From assembly GCA_963718235.1 (NCBI GenBank), contig CAVQYR010000001.1:1760001-1824000 (forward strand): a stretch of 64,000 nt of DNA, in the 5' to 3' direction. Made by a program: the position numbers and the translations under genes. Source of the DNA: an uncultured Actinomycetota bacterium (GTDB taxonomy: Bacteria > Actinomycetota > Actinomycetes > JAHEKZ01). Below the pieces are notes generated by a model. The model was not told the origin of the DNA. It made no database searches and saw only the letters and a program-made list of their open reading frames with translations. This document shows positions 1 to 9,184 of the stretch, piece by piece; the first letter of the stretch is position 1; every line of letters begins with the position of its first letter.

Positions 1-1125
1 CGCCAGGAACAGGGGCTGCACGCTCGCCACGACGCCCAGGGACGACAGCTGACGGCGTGCGTTCGCGTCAGGCATCTCCAGGTGCTCCAGCCGGTGCCGG
101 GCGGCCCGCATGGCGTCGGCACCGACGATCGCTGCGGCGTCGACGAACCCGGCGACGACCGTGTCAGTGGCGGCGTCACCGATCACGTGGAACCCGGCCT
201 GCAGGCCACCGCGCGTGCAGGCGACGACGTGGTCGCGCACCTGCGCGGCGTCGAGGTACGCCGCCCCGCAGGTGTCGGCGTCGACGTAGGGCTGACGCAT
301 GGACGCCGTGCGGGAGCCGATCGCGCCGTCGACGAACAGGTCGCCGGCCGCGCCCAGGGCTCCGAGCTCACGCGCGTGCTCGATCCCGCCGAGCTCACCC
401 CAGTAGCCGATGACGTCCGGGCCGACGCCCGACGCACCCAGGGCGAGCACGGCCGCGAAGTCGTCGGGCCCGTTGATGCTCGGACCGCCGTTCTCGTGCA
501 CGCAGCCGATCCCCTGGGCGGCCGCCTGGGCTAGTGCGGCGCGCCGCGCCCGGTCCAGCTGAGCCGGGGACAGCGCCTCGTGGGCGATGCCGCGCACGAC
601 GTGGTGCGCGTCCTGCCGCAGCCAGCCCTCGGGGTCGTAGCCGGTGCGCTCGGAGAGCCGAGGGGCCACAGCCAGCAGGGCGGACGACGCCACGCAGGAG
701 TGCACGTCGATCCGGGACAGGTACACGACGCCGCCGTAGGACGCCCGGTCGAGCTCCTGGCGAGTCGGAGGGCGACCTTCGGGCCAGGTGGTCTCGTCCC
801 ACCCGTGTCCGAGGACGACGCCGCCGCGCAGCGACCGGGCGTACGCCTCCACGGCGTCCAGGGCCTCCTGCAGCGACCGGGTCGCGGTCAGGTCGAGCCC
901 GGTGATTGCGAGCCCGGTGGAGGTGAGGTGAACGTGGGAGTCGACGAATGCCGGGCTCACGAACGCCCCGTCCAGGTCGACGACCTCGTCGACGGAGTCC
1001 CGGTGCGCCTGGGCGGCGCCGTCCTGGCCGACCCAGGCCACCACGCCGTCCTCGACCACCAGGGCCGTGGCGAACGGGTCGACGGGGCTGTGCACCCGGC
1101 CCCCGGACAGCAGTGTCGTGGTCAC
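1..1125 (-). CDS. Amidohydrolase family protein (3' end runs off the window)
   Basis: Manual translation from GTG at 1125 gives MTTTLLSGGRVHSPVDPFATALVVEDGVVAWVG...VDLDGAFVSPAFVDSHVHL, with the metal-binding DxHxH motif. It is absent from the ORF track because no stop lies in the window. It starts just after the kdd stop. Confidence 0.85.
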   Translation of the reverse strand, partial: MTTTLLSGGRVHSPVDPFATALVVEDGVVAWVGQDGAAQAHRDSVDEVVDLDGAFVSPAFVDSHVHLTSTGLAITGLDLTATRSLQEALDAVEAYARSLRGGVVLGHGWDETTWPEGRPPTRQELDRASYGGVVYLSRIDVHSCVASSALLAVAPRLSERTGYDPEGWLRQDAHHVVRGIAHEALSPAQLDRARRAALAQAAAQGIGCVHENGGPSINGPDDFAAVLALGASGVGPDVIGYWGELGGIEHARELGALGAAGDLFVDGAIGSRTASMRQPYVDADTCGAAYLDAAQVRDHVVACTRGGLQAGFHVIGDAATDTVVAGFVDAAAIVGADAMRAARHRLEHLEMPDANARRQLSSLGVVASVQPLFLA

Positions 1126-1130
1126 GGAGG

Positions 1131-2186
1131 TCAGTGCCCTTCGGCGTCGAGCCGTCTTTCGAACAGCCGCCGGACGCCGGGCTCGGTGCGCAGCACATCG
1201 AGGGCGAAGTCGGCGTGCCCCGGGGCGTAGCCGTTGCCGACCAGCATCGTGACGTCGGCGGCCAGGCCCTCGGCGCCGAGCGCAGCCGTGGCGAACGAGG
1301 TAGCCATCGAGAAGAAGATGACCGTGCCACCGTCCGCTGTGGCCAGGATCGCGCCGTGCTCGCACCCGGGGACGTCGACGCAGACCACGGTGATGTCGGC
1401 CGCCTCGCCGAGCGCCTCGATCACGGCCTCGGAGAGCTGGACCGGGTCGCGCGCATCGGCGAGGGCGATGGCGTCGCAGATCTCCTCGACCCGAAGCAGC
1501 TCAGCCTCGTGCTGGGTGGGCACGATCCCCAGAGTCTTGGCGGCGCCGGCCCGCCGGGAGGCGGCGAGCGCGAGCGACCCGGACTTGCCGGCTCCGCCCA
1601 GGACAGCGACGCTCGGGGCGCGCCCGCGGTCGACGTACTGCTGCACGACCCGAGCCGTCAGGGCGGGTGCCCCGCAGACGTCCATGACGGCCAGGGACAG
1701 CGGCCGGGGCAGGTCGTCGGGCAGGTGCGCCGCGATCGAGCGGCCGAACAGGATCGCATGACCGGAGCACGGCACCTGCTCGGAGAGACCGTCCCAGCTG
1801 GCGAGGTCGTCGTCGATGACCAGGGGGGTGAGGGTGAGGGACACGAGCGTGGCGATGTGGTCGCCGGAGCTAAGCCCCAGGTGGGACTCCGGCCCCACCT
1901 CGTCGACGATGCCGACGAGCATGCCGCCGGACCCGGTGACCGGGTTGTGCATCTTTCCCCGGGACCGAACGATCTCGAGCACCTCGGCCCGGATCCGGTC
2001 ACCTTCGCCGTGGTGCTTGTCGAACAGCTGGCGGAACGAGGCCGCGTCGAGGTTGAGCCGCTCGATCCGGACCCGGACTTCATCGGGCCACAGGTCAGCC
2101 GACGGGTCGAGGCGGTACGCCGCCTGGGGCAGCACCCCGGAGGGTTCGAGGACGCGATGAAGCCCGACGGGCGAGGAGTGGCTCAC
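1131..2186 (-). CDS. kdd: L-erythro-3,5-diaminohexanoate dehydrogenase (lysine degradation)
   Basis: Motifs GLHRVLEPSGVLPQAA, LNLDAASF, RGKMHNPVTGSGGML, LVSLTLTPL, DVCGAPA, GKSG, FFSMATSF and GNGYAPGHA; divergent from kamA. Start moved to GTG 2186. Confidence 0.9.
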   Translation of the reverse strand: MSHSSPVGLHRVLEPSGVLPQAAYRLDPSADLWPDEVRVRIERLNLDAASFRQLFDKHHGEGDRIRAEVLEIVRSRGKMHNPVTGSGGMLVGIVDEVGPESHLGLSSGDHIATLVSLTLTPLVIDDDLASWDGLSEQVPCSGHAILFGRSIAAHLPDDLPRPLSLAVMDVCGAPALTARVVQQYVDRGRAPSVAVLGGAGKSGSLALAASRRAGAAKTLGIVPTQHEAELLRVEEICDAIALADARDPVQLSEAVIEALGEAADITVVCVDVPGCEHGAILATADGGTVIFFSMATSFATAALGAEGLAADVTMLVGNGYAPGHADFALDVLRTEPGVRRLFERRLDAEGH

Positions 2187-2335
2187 AGGTGAATCTTGGC
2201 AGGGCCTGCGGGACGTCGCCAGGACCTCACCCGGATGCACCGCAAGTTATCCCGTTTATGATTGATCTGGCCGCAGGATCTTCGTACCCTCGCCCCATCG
2301 GCCGGGCATGAGGTCCTGCCTACCTGGAGGTCGTC

Positions 2336-3796
2336 GTGACCGGATCGTCGCACCCACTCCCCCAGCCCTACGACTACCGGCCGCAGCCGTTGGTCGAGCC
2401 GGACTGGACCCGCTTTCCCGCCTGGGCAGCGGTGACCCAGGAGGAGTGGGAGTCCGCGCAGTGGCAGCGGGCCCACTGCGTGAAGAACCTGCCCCAGCTG
2501 CGCGCGGTGATGGGCGACCTGTTGGAGGACCGCTTCTACCACGACCTCGAGCGCGACCAGCAGGAGCGCGCGACGATGTCGATGCTCCTGCCGCCGCAGA
2601 TGGTCAACACGATGGTCCCCCTGTCGCACGACGGCGGCTCGCCGACGCCGGCACAGTTCACCGACGCGTTCTACTCCGACCCCGTGCGCCGCTACATGCT
2701 CCCGGTGTTCAGTGACCGTCGCACCGACTGGCCCTCTCACCCGTACGCCTCGCGCGACTCGCTGCACGAGCACGACATGTGGCAGGCCGAGGGGCTCACC
2801 CACCGCTACCCGACCAAGGTGCTGGCCGAGATCCTGTCGACCTGCCCGCAGTACTGCGGGCACTGCACGCGCATGGACCTCGTGGGCAACTCCACGCCCA
2901 CGGTCACCAAGCTGAAGTTCGGCCTCAAGCCGGTCGACCGGCTCGCCGCGCAGATCGAGTACCTGCGGTCGACGCCCACCGTGCGCGACGTCGTCATCTC
3001 GGGTGGAGACATCGCGAACATGCCGTGGAAGAACGTCGAGGCCTACGTCGACCAGGTGCTCGACGTCGAGACGATCCGCGACGTCCGCCTGGCCACCAAG
3101 GCCCTGATGGGGCTGCCCCAGCACTACTTGCAGGACGACGTGCGCTTCGGCATGGAACGGCTCGCCACCAAGGCCAACAGCCGCGGGGTCGGGCTGGCGA
3201 TCCACACGCATGTCAACCACGCGAACTCGGTCACTCCCCTGGTCGGTCAGGCGGCCCGCGCCATGCTCGACGTCGGCGTGCGCGACGTGCGCAACCAGGG
3301 CGTGCTCATGGGCGGGGTGAACGACTCGGTCGACCGTTTGCTCGACCTGTGCTTCGCGCTGCTCGACGGCGCGAGCATCATGCCCTACTACTTCTACATG
3401 ATGGACATGATTCCGTTCGCCGAGCACTGGCGGGTGTCGCTGGGACAGGCCCAGCAGCTCCAGCACGGGCTCATGGGCTACCTGCCTGGATTCGCGACAC
3501 CGCGTGTCACGTGCGACGTTCCGTTCGTCGGCAAGCGGTGGGTGCACCAGGTCGACGAGTACGACCACGTGCTCGGCATGTCGTACTGGTCGAAGAACTA
3601 CCGCACCGGGATCGAGCTGGAGGATCCCGACGCCGTCCAGCGCCACTACACCTACTACGACCCGATCCACTCGCTGCCACCGGAGGGTCAGGCCTGGTGG
3701 CGCGAGCAGGGCCACCACGAGGGGTTCATCCCCCAGGCCGACGCCGACGCCGCCAAGGCCTCGCGCGAGTCGGCAGCCGCCCTAGTGACCGGCTGA
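2336..3796 (+). CDS. kamA: Lysine 2,3-aminomutase, KamA family radical SAM/PLP enzyme
   Basis: GLTHRYPTKVL, CPQYCGHCTR (CxxxCxxC), DVVISGGD, HTHVNH, RNQGVL and DVPFVGK (PLP Lys); GGAGG RBS; adjacent to kdd. Confidence 0.92.
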   Translation: MTGSSHPLPQPYDYRPQPLVEPDWTRFPAWAAVTQEEWESAQWQRAHCVKNLPQLRAVMGDLLEDRFYHDLERDQQERATMSMLLPPQMVNTMVPLSHDGGSPTPAQFTDAFYSDPVRRYMLPVFSDRRTDWPSHPYASRDSLHEHDMWQAEGLTHRYPTKVLAEILSTCPQYCGHCTRMDLVGNSTPTVTKLKFGLKPVDRLAAQIEYLRSTPTVRDVVISGGDIANMPWKNVEAYVDQVLDVETIRDVRLATKALMGLPQHYLQDDVRFGMERLATKANSRGVGLAIHTHVNHANSVTPLVGQAARAMLDVGVRDVRNQGVLMGGVNDSVDRLLDLCFALLDGASIMPYYFYMMDMIPFAEHWRVSLGQAQQLQHGLMGYLPGFATPRVTCDVPFVGKRWVHQVDEYDHVLGMSYWSKNYRTGIELEDPDAVQRHYTYYDPIHSLPPEGQAWWREQGHHEGFIPQADADAAKASRESAAALVTG

Positions 3797-3832
3797 GGGC
3801 CGCCGGCCCGGCATCTGGCCGGGCTCTGGAGG

Positions 3833-3861
3833 TTGACCGATCCGTCGGTTAGGCGTATGAC
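3833..3861 (+). promoter_or_regulatory. Sigma70-type promoter with a palindromic operator in the spacer
   Basis: TTGACC (3833-3838), 17 nt, TATGAC (3856-3861); inverted repeat TGACCGA-tccg-TCGGTTA at 3834-3851. Confidence 0.5.
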
Positions 3862-3905
3862 GAGGACACAGTGCGAGTCCGTGCTGCCCAACGAATCGAG
3901 GCACC

Positions 3906-4304
3906 GTGACGCCGAAACCGCTCCCCCTGATTGCCGCCGTCGCCCTCCTTGGCGGACTCGCCGCGCCTTCGTTCGCCAGCGTCAGCACCGCGGCGAGCCG
4001 CGCGGAGACAACGGTCACGATCCACACCCAGAACGGCGAGTTCTGGGGCACCCTGACCAGTCCTCGGCCGAAGAAGTGCGCTGACGAGCGGAAGGTCACG
4101 CTCTACAAGCAGACCGGGAAGGAGCAGGATCCCAGCGTCGACCAGAAGATGGCCAGCGACATCTCCTCGCTCAGCGGGACCCGCTACAAGTGGTCGACCG
4201 GAACGACCGGTCTTCGCCACGGGAGGTTCTACGCCCGGGTCGGCCGCACTGCCGACTGCAAGGCGGACACCAGCAAGACGGTCCGCGCGAGCGCCACGAC
4301 CTAG
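3906..4304 (+). CDS. Small secreted protein of unknown function (two Cys, beta-rich)
   Basis: N-terminal signal peptide (LPLIAAVALLGGLAAPSFA); GAGG RBS; typical codon usage. Confidence 0.75.
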   Translation: MTPKPLPLIAAVALLGGLAAPSFASVSTAASRAETTVTIHTQNGEFWGTLTSPRPKKCADERKVTLYKQTGKEQDPSVDQKMASDISSLSGTRYKWSTGTTGLRHGRFYARVGRTADCKADTSKTVRASATT

Positions 4305-4332
4305 CCGGCTCGGACGGACCTGAGGGATCGAC

Positions 4333-5988
4333 ATGCACACAGTCGCCCGGTCGACGGCAGCCACGCTCGCCCTCCTTGCCGTGGTCGCGCTCACGGGTCC
4401 AGCGGCCCACAGCGCCGCCGCAGCGCGTCTTCAGCCGGCCGGATGGTCACCTCCGACGGCGATACCCGGGACGGCCGGGCAGGCCAACCCGGTGGCGTCG
4501 ACCGCGCCCGACGGGAGCGAGGTGGTCCTGTGGGCAGTCCCCGGGTCGGCGTCGCCTGAGAACACCGTGAGAGCACGGTTGCGATCCCCCGGCTCGACCA
4601 CGTGGAGACGCTTGCCCTCACCGATGGTGGACAAGCCCTACGGGGGCGTGATCGCGGTCGTTCCCACGGTCAAGGGGGACTTCTGGGCCACGTTCACCTG
4701 GTTCGGGCAGATCGGTATCTCCGAGGTCTACGTGTCGCGCCTGGACGCGGGTACACGTCAGTGGACCAAGCCGACACGGGTCTTCCACGATGCCGACTAC
4801 GGCCACGAGTCACCCTCCTTGGCCATCAGCGACAACGGGACGGTGTTCATCGCGGCCACGGCGGTCCCGCACACCTTCACCAACCCGCCGCAGTACCGCG
4901 CCGAGGTGGCGACCAGGTCTCCGGGCTCCCGCTGGCGAACGACGTTCCTGTCACCAGTCAACAAGCACGCGTACACCATGAACCTTGTGGCGAACCCGAA
5001 GGGGCAGGCCGCGTTCTCCTTCATCCAGGGCTACGACCTGAGCGCCATGCGGGTACGAGCCGCGACCAGGGGCGCAGGAGCGAAGGCCACGTGGAACGTG
5101 GCCGACCTCTCGGTCGCAGGCGACGCTCAGCGTGCGTACACCGCGATAGGGGCCGACGGCACCGCCGCCGTCGAGTGGAACGCGCCCTCCACGGGCGCCC
5201 AGACCGTCCGCCTCGCGACTCTTGCGAACGCAGGCGGAGACTCGTGGACGGTGAGCGACGCGGTGACCGGCGGAGGGTCCAACAGTGCGACGTTCCCCGT
5301 AGTGACCCCCGACGGGGTCGTCACGGCGCTGTGGGAGACGTTCAACAACCCGAACTCGCTGCTCTATGCCCGTCAGCTGACGGGCGGCAGCTGGGGCACT
5401 GCCACGCCGTACTCCCAGGGTGGGTTCCGGTCCGTGCTCCAGTCGGCGGTGGTGCGACCCGGTGGTTCGGTGGCGCTGCTGTACCACCAGTTCAGCAATC
5501 CTGGCACGGTCAACGAGGGCCTGCGGTTGAGGGTCACGGACCACGGCGTCCTCGGGAGCGAAGTCACCGTCAGCGATGCCGGCGATGGCTCCGCGAACAG
5601 CGTCTGGCTGGGCGTTGACGCGGCGCTGGGCAACCATCTGGTCTGGACCCGGGGTGACTACCCCGATACCGACTTCGTGACGATGGGTGACTCTGCGGTC
5701 GAGCCAGTCGCGATGCGGTCGCCGTACTCAGGCGTCCAGGTCAGAAGGGCCAAGGTCGCGGGGAGGATGCGAGTCGGTCACCGGGCCACGTGCAGGACGG
5801 GCTACTGGGTGGGCGCCGCGACGATCACCTACCGCTGGTTCCGCGGTGCTTCGGTGATCAGGCACGAGTCCCGCCGCCAGCACCTCCTGGTGGCTGCCGA
5901 CAAGAGCCACACGGTCTCCTGCCGGGTGAAGGCGGCCAGTGACTCCGGCGTGCAGCGGCTCAGCAGCAGCGGACGCCGAGTCCGCTAG
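4333..5988 (+). CDS. Large secreted protein: repeated beta-propeller-like blades plus C-terminal Ig-like domain
   Basis: Signal peptide; Trp-anchored repeats (WSPP, WRRL, WTKP, WRTT, WNVA, WTVS, WGTA); C-terminal GRMRVG..C..GYW...TYRWFRG...AADKSHTVSCRV module typical of actinobacterial surface proteins. Confidence 0.7.
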   Translation: MHTVARSTAATLALLAVVALTGPAAHSAAAARLQPAGWSPPTAIPGTAGQANPVASTAPDGSEVVLWAVPGSASPENTVRARLRSPGSTTWRRLPSPMVDKPYGGVIAVVPTVKGDFWATFTWFGQIGISEVYVSRLDAGTRQWTKPTRVFHDADYGHESPSLAISDNGTVFIAATAVPHTFTNPPQYRAEVATRSPGSRWRTTFLSPVNKHAYTMNLVANPKGQAAFSFIQGYDLSAMRVRAATRGAGAKATWNVADLSVAGDAQRAYTAIGADGTAAVEWNAPSTGAQTVRLATLANAGGDSWTVSDAVTGGGSNSATFPVVTPDGVVTALWETFNNPNSLLYARQLTGGSWGTATPYSQGGFRSVLQSAVVRPGGSVALLYHQFSNPGTVNEGLRLRVTDHGVLGSEVTVSDAGDGSANSVWLGVDAALGNHLVWTRGDYPDTDFVTMGDSAVEPVAMRSPYSGVQVRRAKVAGRMRVGHRATCRTGYWVGAATITYRWFRGASVIRHESRRQHLLVAADKSHTVSCRVKAASDSGVQRLSSSGRRVR

Positions 5989-6029
5989 GCACCGCGGTTC
6001 TACCGATGGCGTGGCCGGTCGGCGAGCCG

Positions 6030-6479
6030 TCACAACGCGGGGGGGCGACCCTCGAAGGGAGTGCTGAGGACGACGGTCGTGCGGGTCGTTGCGTTGCCGA
6101 CGGCCCGGATCTGGGCGACCAGCGCCTCCAGCTCGCGCGGCGATGCCACTCGTGCGAGCAGGACGTAGTTGGCGTCGCCGGCGACGCTGTAGCACGACTC
6201 GATGGCGCCCAGCGGGGCCAGCCGGTCGGGAAGGTCGTCGGGCTCTGCCGGGTCGATCGGTGTGATCGAGATGAAGGCGGTGAGCGGGAGCCCGACCGCC
6301 TCGGCGTCGAGCCTGGCGGAGTAGCCCCGCACCACGCCACGCTCCTCGAGGCGCCGCACCCTCTGGTGCACGGCCGACGTCGACAGCCCGGTTGACTTGG
6401 CGAGCTCGGTGTAGCTGACCCGCCCGTCCGCGACCAGCCGGGTCACGATCGCCCGGTCGGCCTCATCCAGGGGGTCCAT
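6030..6479 (-). CDS. Lrp/AsnC family transcriptional regulator
   Basis: LDEADRAIV..L..DGRVSYTELAK..GLS.SAV.QRVRRLEERGVVRGY HTH, followed by an AsnC ligand-binding domain (CYSVAGDANY). Confidence 0.93.
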   Translation of the reverse strand: MDPLDEADRAIVTRLVADGRVSYTELAKSTGLSTSAVHQRVRRLEERGVVRGYSARLDAEAVGLPLTAFISITPIDPAEPDDLPDRLAPLGAIESCYSVAGDANYVLLARVASPRELEALVAQIRAVGNATTRTTVVLSTPFEGRPPAL

Positions 6480-6527
6480 GGCTTCGACTCTAGGGCAGCG
6501 CGCCCTGTCGGCTGGCGGTCCGAGTCG

Positions 6528-7679
6528 TCAGCCGGTGAGCGCACGCCCGATCACGACCCGTTGGATCTGGTTGGTCCCCTCGACGATCTGCAGCACCTTG
6601 GCCTCGCGGAACCATCGCTCGGCCGGCCAGTCTCTGACGTACCCGGCCCCGCCAAGCACCTGGACGGCGTCGGTGGTGACCCGCATCGCCATGTCCGTGG
6701 CGAACAGCTTGGCCATCGCTGCTTGCTTGGTGAACGCCTGACCGGCATCCTTGCGGCGAGCGGCCGACAGGTAGAGCGCGCGGGCCGCCTCGATCTCGGT
6801 GGCCATGTCGGCGAGCATGAACGACAAGCCCTGGAACGACGCGATGGGACGGCCGAACTGCTGCCGCTCCCCCGCGTACCTGACCGCGAGGTCCAGGGCG
6901 GCCTGGGCCAGGCCGACCGCACACGCAGCGATCCCCAGCCGGCCGCCGTCGAGCGCAGCCAACGCGATCGTGAACCCTTGCCCTTCGGCGCCGATCCTGC
7001 GGTCGACGTCGACTCGGGCGTCGTCGAGCAGGATCTGTGCGGTGGGGGACGACGACGCCCCCATCTTGTGCTCGGGCGCCGCTGCCGACAGACCGGGGGT
7101 CGCAGCATCGGCCAACAGGCAGGTGATGCCCTTGGCGCTGTCGTCGGACGTGCGGACCATGAGGTTGTAGTAGTCGGCGACTCCCCCGTGCGTGATCCAC
7201 GCCTTGGTGCCGCGGACGACGTATGCGTCTCCGTCAGCCGTGGCGCGGGTCTGCAGTGCGGCGGCATCGGACCCTGAGCTCGGCTCGGACAGGCAGTAGG
7301 CCCCCAGCAGCTCGCCGCCCAGCATGTCGGGCATGAACCGCTCGCGCTGCACATCGGTCCCGAACTGGGCGACGGGGAACGTGGCCAGCGTGTGCACGCT
7401 GACGCCGATCGCCACCGACAGCCAGGACGAGGCGAGCTCCTCGAGGACCTGCAGGTAGTCGTGGTACGGCAGGCCGGCACCGCCGTGCTCCTGCGGGTAG
7501 GCCAGGCCCAGCAGGCCGGCGTGACCCAGGGTGCGGTACACCTCGCGCGGGAACTCACCTCGCGCCTCGAAGCCGTCGACCTTTGGGGCGAGCTCACGCG
7601 AGCAGATGTCACGGACGAGCTCCAGCAGGGCGGGGCCTTCGCTGGAGACCCAGGTGCGTTCGACCGGTGCCATGGTCAC
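6528..7679 (-). CDS. Acyl-CoA dehydrogenase
   Basis: AYCLSEPSSGSDAA, GTKAWITHG, RQQFGRPIASFQ, QVLGGAGY and IVEGTNQIQR. Confidence 0.95.
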   Translation of the reverse strand: MTMAPVERTWVSSEGPALLELVRDICSRELAPKVDGFEARGEFPREVYRTLGHAGLLGLAYPQEHGGAGLPYHDYLQVLEELASSWLSVAIGVSVHTLATFPVAQFGTDVQRERFMPDMLGGELLGAYCLSEPSSGSDAAALQTRATADGDAYVVRGTKAWITHGGVADYYNLMVRTSDDSAKGITCLLADAATPGLSAAAPEHKMGASSSPTAQILLDDARVDVDRRIGAEGQGFTIALAALDGGRLGIAACAVGLAQAALDLAVRYAGERQQFGRPIASFQGLSFMLADMATEIEAARALYLSAARRKDAGQAFTKQAAMAKLFATDMAMRVTTDAVQVLGGAGYVRDWPAERWFREAKVLQIVEGTNQIQRVVIGRALTG

Positions 7680-8782
7680 TCCACCACCACGAGGTCGTGC
7701 GGGCTCTGGTTGAGGGAGCGGACGCCTTCTGCGGTCACGACCACGATGTCCTCGATCCGGGCGCCGTGCCGACCCTCGAGGTAGATGCCCGGCTCGATGC
7801 TGAACGCCATGCCGACGTCGACCGTCTCGGCGTTGCCGCTGATGATGTAGGGCTCCTCGTGGCTCTCCAGCCCGATGCCATGGCCGGTGCGGTGGATGAA
7901 GTGGTCGCCGTAGCCGGCGTCGGTGATCGGAGCACGGGCCGCGTCGTCGATGGACTCGGCCGAGACGCCGGGCCGCACGTGCTGGACCGACGCACGCTGC
8001 GCCTTCTGCAGCACGTCGTAGTACGCCAGGAAGTCCTCGGGCGGCTGACCGACGCTGTAGGTGCGGGTGGAGTCACTGCAGTAGCCCGAAGGCATCGCGC
8101 CGCCGATGTCGACGACGACCGGGTCGCCGGCCTTGATCACCCGGTCGCTGAGCTCGTGGTGCGGGCTGGCGCCGTTTGGGCCCGAGGCGACGATCACGAA
8201 GTCGACGGTGGTGTGGCCCTCGGCCACGATCGCCTCGGCGATGTCGTGGCCCACCTCGACCTCGGTCCGGCCGGCACGCAGCATCTCCGGAACCTGGGCG
8301 TGCACCCGGTCGATGGCTGCTCCCGCTGCTGCGAGGTGCTCGATCTCGCGTGCGTCCTTGCGCATGCGCAGCTCGCGCAGGACCGGCCCGGCCAGAGACT
8401 GCTGGACCGCAGGCATCGCGTCGCGCAGGTGGAGCACCTTGGCCGCGGCCATCACGTCGTCGAGTCCGACGATCCCGGTGGCCGGCAGCAGGGATGCGAC
8501 CAGGGCGTAGGGGTCGTCGGTCTCCTCCCACCCGATGATGTCGAACCCGAGCCGGCCGGCGGGAGACGCCGCGGCAGCCGGGACCTCGAGCCGCGGCGAG
8601 ACGAGGACCGGATCGGCGTCGGCGCGAAGCACGAGACACGTCAGGCGCTCGAGTGGGATCGCGTCGTACCCGGTGAGGTAGTGCAGGTTCGGGCCGGGAG
8701 TGACGAGCAGGGCGTCGACCCCTGCGCTCGCCGTAGCGGTGCGGGCTCGCTCGATCCGATCGGTCAGTGCGGTGATGTCCAC
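7676..8782 (-). CDS. Xaa-Pro aminopeptidase (M24 family)
   Basis: SGPNGASPHH, VVDIG, GYCSDSTRT, HRTGHGIGLESHEEP, FSIEPGIY and GARIEDIV. Confidence 0.93.
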   Translation of the reverse strand: MDITALTDRIERARTATASAGVDALLVTPGPNLHYLTGYDAIPLERLTCLVLRADADPVLVSPRLEVPAAAASPAGRLGFDIIGWEETDDPYALVASLLPATGIVGLDDVMAAAKVLHLRDAMPAVQQSLAGPVLRELRMRKDAREIEHLAAAGAAIDRVHAQVPEMLRAGRTEVEVGHDIAEAIVAEGHTTVDFVIVASGPNGASPHHELSDRVIKAGDPVVVDIGGAMPSGYCSDSTRTYSVGQPPEDFLAYYDVLQKAQRASVQHVRPGVSAESIDDAARAPITDAGYGDHFIHRTGHGIGLESHEEPYIISGNAETVDVGMAFSIEPGIYLEGRHGARIEDIVVVTAEGVRSLNQSPHDLVVVE

Positions 8783-8791
8783 CCGGTCAGC

Positions 8792-9079
8792 CTACGGGCG
8801 ACCGAACTGCCACAGCGCGGAGATCGTCGGCTCCCCCGCCTTCAGGCCGAGCTCGGCGATCCGCGGGAGGAGGACGTCGTCCAGGAAGGACCTCATCTCG
8901 GGCTCGCTGCGCCACACGTCGGTGATCAACAAGCCGTCTGCGGACGGTCGGCCGACGTGAACCATGAGTCCCGCGGGTGGCCCGCCCATGGCCTCCATGG
9001 TCTCTCCCACGCGCTGGTCCAGAAGGTCTGCCTCGTCTCGTCCGGTCCCGGCAACGTGCAGCTCGACAACGATCGCCAC
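8792..9079 (-). CDS. Small hypothetical protein (95 aa), probable dimeric alpha/beta barrel-like fold
   Basis: C-terminal part of ORF 8792..9850. GTG at 9079 is preceded by GAGGAGG; the protein contains GPPAGLMVHV and LLITDVWRSE. Confidence 0.7.
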   Translation of the reverse strand: MAIVVELHVAGTGRDEADLLDQRVGETMEAMGGPPAGLMVHVGRPSADGLLITDVWRSEPEMRSFLDDVLLPRIAELGLKAGEPTISALWQFGRP

Positions 9080-9184
9080 GCCTGGCCTCCTCGCCTTCCT
9101 CCCGCGCGGAGCCACCTCCGGCGCGGTCAGGCTACGCACCTCCGCAGGACGCGGCAACGCACGGCGAACGGATAGTGTCGTCGG

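Noticed and set aside
6528-7679. Acyl-CoA dehydrogenase as the butyryl-CoA dehydrogenase of the lysine pathway
   Set aside because: It is coupled to an M24 peptidase, separated from kamA and has no etf genes nearby; proximity alone is insufficient.
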